Below are positions 1 through 11,700 of a stretch of DNA of 54,169 nucleotides, in pieces; position 1 is the stretch's first letter, and every line of letters begins with the position of its first letter. Below the pieces are notes generated by a model. The model worked only from the letters and a program-made list of their open reading frames with translations. It searched no databases and was not told where the DNA came from. The DNA is taken from assembly GCA_963575745.1 (NCBI GenBank), contig CAUYUJ010000261.1:62001-116169 (forward strand), read 5' to 3'. The position numbers were made by a program, and so were the translations under genes. The stretch comes from Prorocentrum cordatum (lineage: Eukaryota).

Positions 1-54
1 TTCCTTGGAAAGGAAATCTTCGAAAGCAGGGCTCTAGCCAAGAAGGCTACGGAG

Positions 55-85
<31 letters not shown>

Positions 86-289
86 GGAGGAGGAGGAGGA
101 GGAGGAGGATAGTAGCAGCAGCAGCGCCAGTAGCAGCAGCAGTTGCCTGTGTCTGTGATTGGTTGTACAGGGAGCCGTAGAGGGGGCCGTACAGGGAGCC
201 AGTCACAGGCACAAGGCACAGGCGACCAGTCACGTATATGTATATGTGCACGTGCATGTACATGTATATGTATATGTGTTCAGTCTGTC

Positions 290-732
290 TTCAGCTTCGG
301 CCTCAGCCTCCGCCTGCCTCAGCCTCAGCCTGCATCAGCCTCAGCCTCAGCCTCAGCCTGCCTCAGCCTCAGCCTGCCTCAGCGTCTGCCTCAGCCTGCT
401 TCAGCCTCAGCCTCAGCCTCAGCCTGCTTCAGCCTCAGCTTCATCCTGCCTCAGCCTCAGCCTCAGCCTGCTTCAACCTCAGCTTCAGCCTGCCTCAGCC
501 TCAGCCTCAGCCTGCTTCAGCCTCAGCCTCAGTCTGCCTTCAGCCTCGGCCTCGGCCTCGGCCTCAGCCTCAGCCTGCCTCAGCCTCAGGCTGCCTCAGC
601 CTCAGCTTCAGCCTCAGCCTCAGCCTCAGCCTCAGCCTGCCTCAGCCTCAGCCTGCCTCAGCCTCAGCCTGCCTCAGCCTCAGCCTCAGCCTGCCTCAGC
701 CTCAGCCTCAGCATTCTCAGCCTCAGCATCAG
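290..732. repeat. Degenerate (CCTCAG)n hexamer microsatellite with interspersed CCTG
   Basis: Directly visible; explains the spurious PQ/SA/LS ORFs. Confidence 0.95.
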
Positions 733-1151
733 CATTCAGAATGTGGCCCGGGAGTGAAGTTCTGGGAATTCGACGAGCACGAAGTGGCTTACAGTTGGCC
801 CCGGGCATTCAAAATGTGGCCCGGGAATGGACTTCTGGGAAGTCGAAGAGCACGAAGTGGCTTACAGTTGGCTCCGGGTATTCAGAATGTGGCCCGGGAA
901 TGGAGTTCTGGGAACTCGAAGAGCACGAAGTGGCCTACAGCTGATTCCGGGCATTCAAAATGTAGCCAGGGAATGGAATTCTGGGAAGTCGAAGAGCACG
1001 AAGTGGCTTACAGTTGGCTCCGGGCATTCAAAATGTAACCCGGGAATTGAGTTTTGGGGGCTCGAAGAGCACGAAGTGACCTACAGTTGGCTCCGGGCAT
1101 TCAGAATGTGGCCCGGGAATAGAGTTCTGGGGACTCGAAGACCACGAAGTG
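733..1151. repeat. 73-bp minisatellite, ~5.7 copies
   Basis: Units starting CATTCA(G/A)AATGT (once TATTCAG) at 733, 806, 879, 952, 1025, 1098. Confidence 0.95.
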
Positions 1152-1289
1152 TGCAACTGCTTGTTTAAAACGAGCCCGGCCCTCGTCGGGTTCCGCCCGA
1201 TCGGCTGCTCCCCGGATCCTGCCCAGACCCCCTTGGGGAGTCGAGATGCTCTCTTTTGACCCCCCTAGAAACCTATCAGTCTTCGCTGT

Positions 1290-1401
1290 TAGGTAAATAG
1301 TCGAAACATCGTTTTTTTCGTATGTTTGAATATGTTTGGCGCATTGTTTGATTATTTCTATTATTCTTACAAACTTCGCCTGTAGAGGGACATGCCCGAC
1401 C
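1290..1401. mobile_element. Partial copy of MITE family A (right TIR only)
   Basis: Ends CCTGTAGAGGGACATGCCCGACC followed by TAA, like the copies at 7320 and 20183; AT-rich interior. Confidence 0.6.
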
Positions 1402-2046
1402 TAACCGTAGGATGCACAGAAGTAGGGTGGACATGTTGTTCGCCTCGAACAAGTAGGGCAGAAATGTCCGCCATACTTCGGCAGAAAGTTCCGAAATTGT
1501 AACATGTCCACAACATGGCCCACATAGTAGGGCTGACATCCGCGAAAGCAGTGCGGAAGCAGCGACGGCAAATCGATATCAAAGGAGGGCGCCATGGACA
1601 TCAGTGGAGCTTATGGATCACGGCAGATCCGCTCAAAACCGTTCCTTGGTCCCCCATTTGGTGTAGTTTTTCACCCGGATTCATTTTTGACGGTCCAGGG
1701 GCCCGCAAAGCGGCCCCCAGAGGACGAAAGAGGCAAAAGAGGGACGCTCGAACCCAGAACCTCGAACCTCCGTCCTGCTTGCGCATAGTCGTCCAAAGCG
1801 TGGGGCGGATCCGTAGTTGGGACAGCCCCGCAGATTCGGCCATGCGCAGATGGGGGCAGGGGGCAGGGGGAGGGGGGAAGGCTTCTTAGACGCACCCCCG
1901 CACCTACGAGGCCTTCCCACCCCCCATCCCCCGACCCCCCTCTGCACGTGGCCGGGTGGCCTGGGGAAAGGCTTCCTAGGAGCACCCCTGCATCTAGGAG
2001 CCCCCCACCCCCGCCCCCCCTCGGCGCGTGGCCGGGTGGCCGACAG

Positions 2047-2174
2047 ATCGCTGTCTTCGGGGCCGCGCTCGCCGCCGCGAACCTGCTGCCGCCCAAGCTC
2101 GACCACGGATGCGAGCTCTCGGGGAGGGGGGGGGGCCCGGCGGCGCGGCCGGCGGCCAGCTCCGGGTACAGCGC

Positions 2175-2252
<78 letters not shown>

Positions 2253-2909
2253 GAGGGGAGGGGGCCTCTCAGTAGCAGTAGATCCCGGAAACTCCCGCTC
2301 GTCGTGGATTGAGCGTGTATCGGCGAGGTGGCGCCCAGAGAGCGGTCAACAGCGCCAAAAGGCGCGCGGTGGCGCCAACTAGCGCCGAATGGCGCTCAAG
2401 TAGCGCCCCAGAGCGACCAACCAGCGCCCCTCAGCGCCATGTGAGGGAGACGCAATCTGTCCGCTTTGTGCGGGACTGGGCCCGCTATTGGGCGCCACGG
2501 GAACGGCCAAGAGCTTCCAGGAGTTGTTCTCCAAGCCCCCCCCCAGAGTGAGGGGGCCGAACGGTCATTGACTCTCCCTGGGTGCGTGGCTGAAGTCGGA
2601 TTCCGCGATGCGGATTATTGTTGTTGTTGCTGCTGTTGTTGGTGGTGGTGGGGTTGCTGTTGTTGTTGGTAGTAGCTCCTATTAATGTTTACAATTACGG
2701 CTGTTATTACTATGGTTGTTATTATTGTTGTTGTTTGTTGCTGTTGTTGTTGCTGTTGTTGTTATTGTTGTTGTTGCCAGTGTTGCTGCAGTTTTTGTTG
2801 ATGGTGTTGTTGATGCTGATGCTGATGCTGATGTTGATGATGTTGGTGTTGGTGTTGGTGTTGGCGTTGCTGTTGGTGTTGGTGCTGTTGTTGTTGTTGT
2901 TATTGTTGC

Positions 2910-2958
<49 letters not shown>

Positions 2959-4304
2959 GGTTGTCAGTTTTAGGGGGGTAAATCGGCCAGTGGGGCCCAG
3001 GCCACGCCGCTATGGGGATCGGTCAAACAATATTCACGTAAGTGTGAGTGAGTCTGGATGCTGAGTGTGAGTGAGTCTGGATGCTGAGTGAGTCATTTAC
3101 GTGGGTGTACGTAAGTGTGAGTGAGTCTGAGTACGCGCGGCTGAGCGTCTGGGTGTGAATGAGTCTGGATGCGAGTGAGATTGAGTATGTGTAGCTGCAT
3201 CTGAGCGACTGGGTATGAGTGGGCTCGGACGTGATTGGATCGGACAATGACTGAGTCTAGACGCTCGTGAGGGGATCGAAATTGGGGCGCCTAAGATGTC
3301 CCCATGGGCGCGAATGGGCCCGTGTTATACTCCTTGGTCGGCTCCTTGTCTGGAGGTTCAAATGCCGTGCTGACCACATCGCGATGATGTTGGGGAAATG
3401 AGACTGGCACGTCTACCCTGCAAAACAGCGATTCAACCCGAGCTGTCGCGAACGAGCCCGCGTAATACCTGCCCCTGGCGGCTCCCCTGTCAGAGGCCCA
3501 AACGCAATGCCTGCTACATCGCGATGATCTTGGAGCTCTGAAAAGAAGCACGCCGACCCCGCCAAAGCAGCGATTCGATCTGAGGGGTCAAGATAATCTG
3601 GTCGCGAACGCGCCCGTGTAATGTCCCGCGTGGCCCCCCTTGCGAGACCGGAGTGCCACACCTGCAACATCGCGATGATATTGGGGCTCTTGGAAGAGAC
3701 ACGTTCATGCCACCACAACAGCAATGGGACTTGAGAGGTCCCGACAATATGGTCGCGAGCGGTCCGCATATTTGTCCCAATCTGCCCTGTGCTTTTTATT
3801 AGTCGTGCTGCGCAACCGGAAACATCGGGAGAAGATGGGCAGAATTAGGCCACGAAGGGAGCGGAGACGAGAATATCGAAGAAGAGTGAGTGCACTCTGC
3901 AGGCAGCATTGATGCCTGGCGCCAAAACGATCCAGAGGCTCCCACAGCAGACGGAGACGACAGCTCAGACCCACAGCGGGAGGAGCACGGGAACGAGAAC
4001 GATACACAAGGATGACTAGACTTCAAAGAATAGGTCTACCCAGGTTTGAATAAGGATTTCCCTTCGAGGAGAACGTAGAACGTTTAACCGAGCCTAGGTA
4101 TCGCTATCTTCCTTGACTTGGTTATGGTGCCGCCCTTCGTGAACGAGAGCGAGAAAGAGGGGGAGGAGGGAGGCGGTGGAGGAGGAGGAGTAGGAGAGGA
4201 GGAGGAGGAGAAGGAGGAGGAGGAGGAGAAGGAGGAGGAGGACGAGAGGAGGAGGAGGACGAGAGGAGGAGGTGGACGAGAAGAGGAGGAGGAGGAGGTG
4301 GACA

Positions 4305-4336
<32 letters not shown>

Positions 4337-6174
4337 CACGACCACGACGACAAGGACAAGGACGACGACGAGGACGAAGAGCAGAAGCGGCCAGGGCAGC
4401 GTGTTCGGCCCGCGGGTCCCTGCGGCATCCTGCGGCAAGGCCCAGCCGAGACCCCGACCCCAAGCAGGTCGGCAAGAGTTCGGGCCCAGAGTCTGCTGGA
4501 GGTCGGGCCCGGCCTCTGAGACCCTGGGCGGTGGGTGTCCTCCTCCCACTCCTGCCTCGTTCCTCCTGCTTCCCGCTCACTTCTCGGGGAATTACCCTTC
4601 TTCTCCTTCTCGCTCCTCGCTCACTACAATTCTGCCTATGCTGCCCAGTCCTTCTTCCTCCTGCTGCTCATCATCCTCCTGCTTCTCTTCTGCTCCCGCT
4701 GCTGCTGCTCGTGCTCGGCTCATCCTTCTGCTGCTGCTGCTGATGCTGCTGCTGATGCTGCTGCTCGTCGTCGTCGTCCTTCTCCTCTGGATAAAGATCA
4801 CTCCTGCGTTTGCCCCTGCCCTTTCGACAACAGCTGCTGCTCCTCCCTGCGGTGTTCCATCTGCCGATCCTGCTCATGCTGCTGATCCTGATGCTTTCCT
4901 GCCTCCGTAGCCCCTGGCTCACGCCTGTTCGTGCTGTTTCGGGGCAGCAGCTAGGAATGTGGCATTCGGACTGAGCGATGCCAGAGGCGTTGGGTACAGG
5001 AGGGCCCTGCGCCCGAGCACAGTTCCTGCGATATCCACGCCTCTATCGACTGTGCCCTCCGCCGTCCCGGCAGAGGGCTTCCCGTGATCTCCCCGCGGGC
5101 GCTGTTCGGCTTCGCGGGCCGCCTCTTGTGCAGGCGTGTGCCGCCGCCGCCTCCGCGGCGGCCGCGGCCCTGGCGGCGGGGAGGCGCGCTGGCCGGCCCG
5201 CGGATGCAGCGCGTCGATGCAGGCGACGTGTGCCGTGCACGCGAATTGGCAGCCCAGGGCCGCGGACCTCGCTGGCTGCTTCTGCCGACGGCGGGCGCGG
5301 CACTCCAGAAGCGGCCCAGCTCTACCACGTCGTCGGCGACTTCTGTGACTGGGAGGTGAGTCGGGCGCCCATCATGGCCATAGACGTGACCATGAGCGAC
5401 ATGGATGCTCGGGTGCTGCCGGCGTGCCTCGTGTGGAAGGCCGTCATGCAGAGAGGGAGGCACGAGTTTCAGATTCTGAGGGACGCCGATTGGAACATGC
5501 GCCTCTACCCGACCGGCAGCGGCAGTTCGCTCCTGCAGCTTGGTGGCAGCCCGCTGCCCGTGGCAAGCGCTCACGGCGAGGGCCATGATTTGAATTGGGC
5601 GCTGGAGGCATCTCCGGGCACCGAGATCGATGTGATATACGATCTGAGTTCGGCAACGATCACATGTCGGCTGGTGTAGCGCGAGCAGAGTAGCATCGAC
5701 CAGCAATCGTCGTGCAGTGTGACTTCATTGCGCTGCCACAGGCGCAGCCATGTTCTCAGAAGCTGATGCGCGTCAAGAGACCCATTATAATCCGTTGGCG
5801 CATGGATCGCACTGAAAAATGCTCTGGTGCGGCTATGAGATATGGCAGTCCTTGAAAGCAACTTCGACGCCCTGAGCAGCGTGGGGAACGCTCATGGGGG
5901 GCCGCCTTCCTTTCAGTCTCCTCCTCATCCTCTCGTCTGCCTCTCATCCTCACTTCCATCATCTTTCACCATGTTCGCCTTTCTCCTCTCAAAGCTATCC
6001 CTTTTTAGCCTTCGCCTTCCCCCCTTCCTTTCTCTTTCGCACTCCTCACAGTTCTCGCCTCCTTCCCCCCTCCTGTATCATCCCTGCTCGTCCTACTGTT
6101 CGTCTTCCTCTTTGCCTTTGTCGCAGGAACTCGCATGGCGCCGCTCCGCCCACTTCGGCTTATCCCAAACACGG
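2047..6174 (+). CDS. Candidate upstream micro-exons of the multi-exon gene (2047-2107, 4395-4439, 6127-6174)
   Basis: Unique coding-like islands among repeats, with AG acceptors and GA/GC/GT donors. First reads IAVFGAALAAANLLPPKLDH; the chain is phase-compatible with exon 8723, but the frames of the two symmetric exons are ambiguous. Confidence 0.35.
2615..2963. repeat. Degenerate (GTT)n/(GCT)n microsatellite
   Basis: Directly visible. Confidence 0.9.
2967..3033. mobile_element. Truncated copy of MITE family B
   Basis: TAGGGGGGTAAATCGGCCAGTGGGGCCCAG...GGGGATCGGT matches the right half of the copies at 16641 and 31884 and is followed by TCA. Confidence 0.75.
4904..4923 (+). other. Degenerate DinoSL relic
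   Basis: TCCGTAGCCCCTGGCTCACG vs TCCGTAGCCATTTTGGCTCAAG (first 9 nt and TGGCTCA identical); lies ~55 nt upstream of an ATG. Confidence 0.6.
4978..5679 (+). CDS. Intronless 233-aa ORF, probable retrogene; R/A/P-rich N-terminus plus C-terminal beta-sandwich resembling starch/glycogen-binding (CBM48/SusE-F-like) modules
   Basis: Open ATG-to-TAG. YHVVGDFCDW...HEFQILRDADW...LYP...GHDLNW is the 'G-x-F/W-x-x-W ... EFQI' pattern of such modules; GC3-rich codons; upstream SL relic. Domain call is by motif recall only. Confidence 0.65.
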   Translation: MPEALGTGGPCARAQFLRYPRLYRLCPPPSRQRASRDLPAGAVRLRGPPLVQACAAAASAAAAALAAGRRAGRPADAARRCRRRVPCTRIGSPGPRTSLAASADGGRGTPEAAQLYHVVGDFCDWEVSRAPIMAIDVTMSDMDARVLPACLVWKAVMQRGRHEFQILRDADWNMRLYPTGSGSSLLQLGGSPLPVASAHGEGHDLNWALEASPGTEIDVIYDLSSATITCRLV

Positions 6175-6629
6175 GTCGTGCCCCATCGGGAGCTCCACTT
6201 GTGGCCAAAGTAGAAGATTTCGCTTAGCGTCGCCATGCACATCTCGGCACTCCTCACACGGATCACGCCACTTGGGAGCTCTACCGACGGCCTCAGAGGG
6301 CGCTTTCGCATGCGGGCATCCGCCGATCCCGGCACAGCCCTCACGCGGATCGTGGTTCACAGAAGGGCTCCGCCGACGGCCCCCCGTGGGCACTTTCGCA
6401 TGCGGGCATCCGCACGTCTCGGCGCACCTTCACACGGATCGCGCCTCCACACATCCCTCCGCGAAACTCAAGGCAAGTTTTTCTTGCGCAGCGTCTGCGC
6501 CCCCAGGTTCCAAATACTTGCCGTCGGCGTCCGCAGGCCGTGCTGTGCGCGCCGTTGAACGTTGATAGCCGGGGGCGTGGCGGGGTCGGCATCATTCTTG
6601 CCTCAAGTTTCGTGGAGTTCGAAGAACAA

Positions 6630-6800
6630 ACACGGCATGAGCAGAAACGTTTGTAGCTCCATTTCTTGGATCTGCGCTGAAAACCCCCTGGCGGCGCCCT
6701 TGGCGGCGCCCCTGGCGGGCTCCGCGCGCCAGGGAGGGAGGTCCAGGTCAGATCCAAGAACTCCGCGCGGATCATCACAAGTTTGTGTTTCTGCTGGTTT
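6630..6800. mobile_element. Foldback/MITE family C (other copies ~22710-22880, ~23690-23856)
   Basis: Inverted arms TTCTTGGATCTG / CAGATCCAAGAA around a GGCGCCCCTGGCG core, repeated at three loci. Confidence 0.6.
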
Positions 6801-7159
6801 TGCTCTTCCACGGAATCCCTCTGGCCCTCTGATTACCGAGCGCGTTCGGCCACTCGCAAAGTGCCTATTCGCAAACCTCGGAAACAAAAACAGCCTTCCT
6901 GTATGCAGTGGATCCTAAATCCCCCGCTTCGGATCCAGGCCATTTGCGAGTGGATATTTTGCGAGTAGTGGAATGCGCTTGCCTATCTGAGAAGTCGCCC
7001 GTGTCTTTGGGGAGGGCTCAGGGAACTTCCCAGCAGGCCGGGGGGGGGGGGGCTGCAGAGCCTTCCGAGAAGGCCCCGCCCCTTCTCGCTGCCCCCCCGA
7101 CGGGCTCACCGCCGACTCCTGTCCTCGAAGCCTCCTCGATGGGGGTCGGAGCAGGCGGG

Positions 7160-7305
7160 GTCGGGGGATCGCGCCGCATCGCCGATGCACCAGCGATGCG
7201 GCTCAATGTGCAGCCCGATTTTCTTCACGCCGACGCCGCCGATGCATCGCCGATGCATCGCCGATGCATCGGCGATGCATCGGCGATGCGGCGCGATCCT
7301 CCGAC
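7160..7305. repeat. Foldback element with ~30-bp inverted termini and GCATCGCCGATGC palindromic units
   Basis: GTCGGGGGATCGCGCCGCATCGCCGATGCA pairs with TGCATCGGCGATGCGGCGCGATCCTCCGAC. Confidence 0.75.
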
Positions 7306-7319
7306 TCCACCTACTCTCA

Positions 7320-7472
7320 AGTCGGGCCTGTCCCTCTACAGGAGGAAAATTCAAAAATAGTCAAAAAATAGTCTGGGGACGACTTTTTGAGTATTCTGGA
7401 GCATTATTTGGCTATTTTCTGACTACTTTTAATTCTTCGTCCAAGCTCTGCCTGTAGGGGGCATGCCCGACC
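7320..7472. mobile_element. MITE family A (~153 bp, ~23-bp imperfect TIR)
   Basis: GTCGGGCCTGTCCCTCTACAGG ... CCTGTAGGGGGCATGCCCGACC; AT-rich interior shares AATAGTCTGGGGACGA with the copy at 20183. Confidence 0.8.
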
Positions 7473-7666
7473 TAAATCTGCCCTGGATCCGCCTCTTGGA
7501 GGTCTCCCATGAACGTACTGCCCCGGCGTCCACGCCTCCCGCAGCGCGCAGGCGGGGGCCACGCCCCGCTCCTCGCGCAGGTTTGCGCAGGGTCGGGCCC
7601 GTCGCCCGGCTCCAGGTGCAGTCGCAAGGAATGCGACGACGCCAGGGCGACGGGCCTTTCTTGGCT

Positions 7667-7927
7667 TCATACGCAAACTCAGGTCAGACCTCACCATCCC
7701 TGTGGGGCTGCGATCTGCGAAACTGTCTCCACTTTGGAGGCCTGCTGGGGGGTCCAGCATGGTGACGTCATACGCAAACTCAGGTCAGACCTCACCATCC
7801 CTGTGGGGCTGCGATCTGCGAAACTGTCTCCACTGTGGAGGCCTGCTGGGGGGTCCAGCATGGTGACGTCATACGCAAACTCAGGTCAGACATAACCATC
7901 CTTGTAGGGCTGCGATCTGCGAAACTG
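7667..7927. repeat. 101-bp tandem repeat, ~2.6 near-identical copies
   Basis: TCATACGCAAACTCAGGTCAGAC at 7667, 7768, 7869. Confidence 0.95.
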
Positions 7928-8722
7928 GCGCCACTTTCGGAGGTCGCCTTCTGCGGCCCCGCTGATTTTTCGGCTCTCAAAATTTCGTCTCCCCCTAGTT
8001 GCCGTCCTGTCCCCGTCGATCGTGGGGCCTGAGTGCCTCCATCAAGCCCTTGTCAATCGATCGGTGCCGTGCGAGTCCCTCAGCTTTCGAGCCTCGCAAG
8101 TAACGCGCGCAGGGAATATATGTAATCTTTGCCACGGCATCAACCCCTCAGAAAGTCTACCCAGCTATTCTGGCCACGAGTTGCACAAAGCTTGGTTACA
8201 TCGTCAGGATAGTTCCTTCCTCTCAGTGGGCGGGCGGAAACCAGATCTGCCTCTCGACGCCTCCGTAAGTCATACTCCTGCCCTCTTCCGAACGATGGTT
8301 CATCCTTGCCTGTGGTGCCAATGCGTTCTTGGGGGTATACTTCGTATCGTTCCACGCTTCATTCCTGAAGCCCGCGGTGGGCACTGTGACGAGTGGACCT
8401 GCAGGTTGGCCGTCGCACCTTCCCCTCGCGCTTCCTTCCCCTTCTCTCCAGAAGATACGCTTGCTGGAGCAAAACAGTTCCTTCCTAGCGGTCGGTGCCA
8501 ACATGGTGGACCGATGCAGGAGAGCAGAGGCAGGGATGGCAGCGGGGGGGAGGGGGGGAGGAGAAGGAGGAGGAGGAGGAAGGAGGAGGAGGAAGGAGAC
8601 GCGGAGCGCTGCCTCTTCAAGACGAGGACCCACCACGACAGGATGGTCGGGAAAAACAGCTTCTTCCGAGCGGTGGGTGCCCTGTTCCTCCGTGCTCACG
8701 TCCTCCCCCCTGCTGGCAGCAG

Positions 8723-11700
8723 GCGAGTCCTGGCTGGAGGCCTGCACGAAGGGGCTCTATGCTGGGCACATCACCATGCTCACCATGTCGCCCGGGGGGG
8801 GCAACGTCAGGGGGGGTACAGGAAGAGGAGGAGGAGGAGGAGGAGGAGGAGGAGGAGGAGGAGGAGGAAGAGGAGGAGGAGGAGGAGGAGGAGGAGGAGG
8901 AGGAGGAGCGGGGGGGAACGCATCGACCCCCGAAGCGCCCAGTCATCGCCAGTCGAGGCCTGATCGCCCACCCCGCCCAGGAGCGTGCGGTTTTCAGTAA
9001 TCGGGCTGCGCAGGCGGCGCTGCCGAGAAGGATCGGCCCTCGGCACTCGGGAGGGGAACAATTCGCGGCAGTTTGGAAGATGGTCAGAGGCGGAAAAGGT
9101 GCCCATACCTCTACCCTTCCCTTGTTTTCTTCGGTTTGGGGTCTCATGGAAGGCCCTCGTCGCCACCGCTGGATTCGCCTCGAAATCCTGGTCAGAACGC
9201 ACCCTGGGAGAGGTCGGGGAGTAGCAGTATCCGTACCTGTTGGCTTCCCCAGATGGGAGAGGGCGCGGTCACACTCGTGATTCGTTATGGTAACGGCTGA
9301 AGTTGGCTCGGTCTCGGACTGTTGCATCCCCGACGTTTCCTCCTCCTCCCTCCCCTCATCCCTCCCTTCTTTCCTCACTCCCACTCCGTTCGCTTCCTCC
9401 CTCTACGGTTGGGGCGTTCGTTTATGAACGTGCTCATAAGCTTCAGACCCTGGAGGGTTCCTTATCCAGTGGGGGCGGCGGTGATATCCATGGCCGATCC
9501 ACGATTGGAGTTCCACTGGCCTCCAGACCCTGGATTTCTGATCAAACGTTTCCTTATCCAATGCCATCACTGTATCCGTCCATCGCTCCCTCTGCCTTCC
9601 CTCCCTCCGTGCAGTTGTCCCTCTCCTTCGCCCGTGGTTTTGGATCTCCGGGTCCGCTATGACACGCGTCGGCGGAGAGAGAGAGAGAGGGAGGAGGAGG
9701 AGGAGGAGGAGGAGGAGGAGGAGGAGGAGGAGGATACCAGATGCGGCGCGCGCGCTTTCGGCTTGCCTCTCCCCTCTCTCCCCTTCCCCCCCCCTCGCGC
9801 CCCCGCTCATGTCTCGTCTCCCACGTCCAAGCTCCTCTCCCAGGTCCGCCATCAACGCCGTGGCGCTGGGGGTGGCGTACAACATCGTGAAGCGGAAGGC
9901 GCGAGGCTCGAAGCCTCGCTTTCAAACGGGCGCTGCAGGTTCGGTCCTGCCGGGCGTCTTCGCCCGGCCTCGGGGCCCGCGACCAGCACGGCTCGATCCG
10001 GCTCGGACAATGCTTCAGATCGATGGGGTTTGGAGCTGTGGTCGCGGTTTTCGGAGATGTTGCAATTTTGTTCGCTACGTCGGAGTTCAGGGAGGGGCCC
10101 TCGACCACAGCTCGATCCGGCTCGGACAATGCTTCAGAACGATGGGGTTGGGAGCTCTGGTCGCAATTTTTGGCGATGTTGAAGTTTTGTTTGCAACGTC
10201 GGAGTTCAGGGAGGTGCCACGAGCGAGAATCGCGACGGCTGTTTTCCTTCAGTTTGGGCCTCTGGAGGCCCTCTTCGCCAGGTCGGCATAGTCTCGGCGA
10301 AGGACCCAAGCATGTGCGGGTGTGCTTACCGCAAGGCAGGTGGGACGAAGGGGGGCAGGTCCTTCTGGGGCCACGAAACGCGTTAGAGGTGTGCCGAAAT
10401 TGCCGCGGGGTCGCCATGCGGACCCTGCCGCCGGGGCTTTCGGTAAAGCAATCTCTGGGGCCACGAAACGCGTGATGGGGTGTGCCGACATGGGTGCGGG
10501 GTCGCCATACGGAACCTGCCGCTGGGGCCTGCGATTGAGCTCCCTATGGTGCCGCGCAGTGTGTGAGGGGTGTGCCAGAATGGGTGCGGGGCCCCAATGC
10601 AGACCCTGCCGCTAAAGCCTTCGGTGGACTTCTCTCCTGGGGCCACGAAACGTATGACGTGTGTGCCAGCGTGGGTGTAGGGCCGAAGTGCAGACCTCGT
10701 TGTTGGGGCCTTCGGTAACCACCAGGCGTGTGTTGAGTGTGCCGACCTGGGCGTGGGGCCGCCATGCAAACCTTGCCGCTGGAGCTTTCAATGGAACCTC
10801 CTCTGGGGCCACGCAACGTGTGAGGGTCAAATCAAGTAAGCCTTGCACCGGCCGGTGCGTGAGCAAAGTGAAACGTCAAATAGGCGTGGCGCCGGTCACA
10901 CTAAGGTGATTCAGAGAAGGAGGAGGAGGAGGACGAGGAGAAGGAGGGGGAGGGGGAGAGCTAGCACCAGACGGTGCACAAGCAGGAAGCGCGCAAAATG
11001 GACAAGCGACCGGTCAGTCGCGCCATGCTTTCACCGCCGACTCCCACGCCGCTGCTGCACTGGCCTCCGGCCGGAAGAAATCAGCTAAGCGGCCGCGGGC
11101 GCCGGCTATCATCAAACAGTTATTCAGAACCATGTTGCCCCACATCTGTCGGGGGCGCGCTCGTTTGCGAGGCCCTGTCGGCAATCGCGGTTCAATGCCG
11201 CCAGGCTGTAGGACGGAGCATCGCACAGGATCGTTGCAGGGTCGCCTCGCGAGCTGCCCTAATTAGGAAAACCATTTGTCGCTTGGCAATGGCTTCGCTC
11301 AGCGGCCTTTCGCAGGCCATGCTCAGTACGGCGTTGTTGGACACGCGACTTATATACGAAGGTTGCACTCTGCAAATCCGTCTTAAACACCTGGTTTGAA
11401 ATCCGTCCAGCCTCTTCCGCTCTGATTTGTTCAGGCAAGCGGCGAAAAGGCAGTAGCATAATTTTGAAACGATGCATGCGTTAAAAATCTTCACTTTTCG
11501 TTCCCGAGACAACGTTGCGTGAGACCAGATTGCATGCAACACATTGAAATCCTGCTTTGCCGCGCCTAATATCCGATTCAACTCAGAGCCACTACGGCCG
11601 TCTGACGAGATGTGGGCCCCGAGAAACAGCAAGGCCTCTTTTTCTTTCACCGTGTCTCCAACTCTGTTCACTACATGTGCGTCTGAGCGGACTCTCATCA

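Noticed and set aside
143..1038. Long PQ/SA-rich ORFs and similar homopolymeric ORFs throughout (e.g. 42528-43864)
   Set aside because: Open frames arise from stop-free simple repeats in several frames and on both strands.
733..1151. CRISPR-like array (also considered for 7667-7927 and 10364-10826)
   Set aside because: Whole units are repeated with no unique spacers; no cas genes; eukaryotic context.
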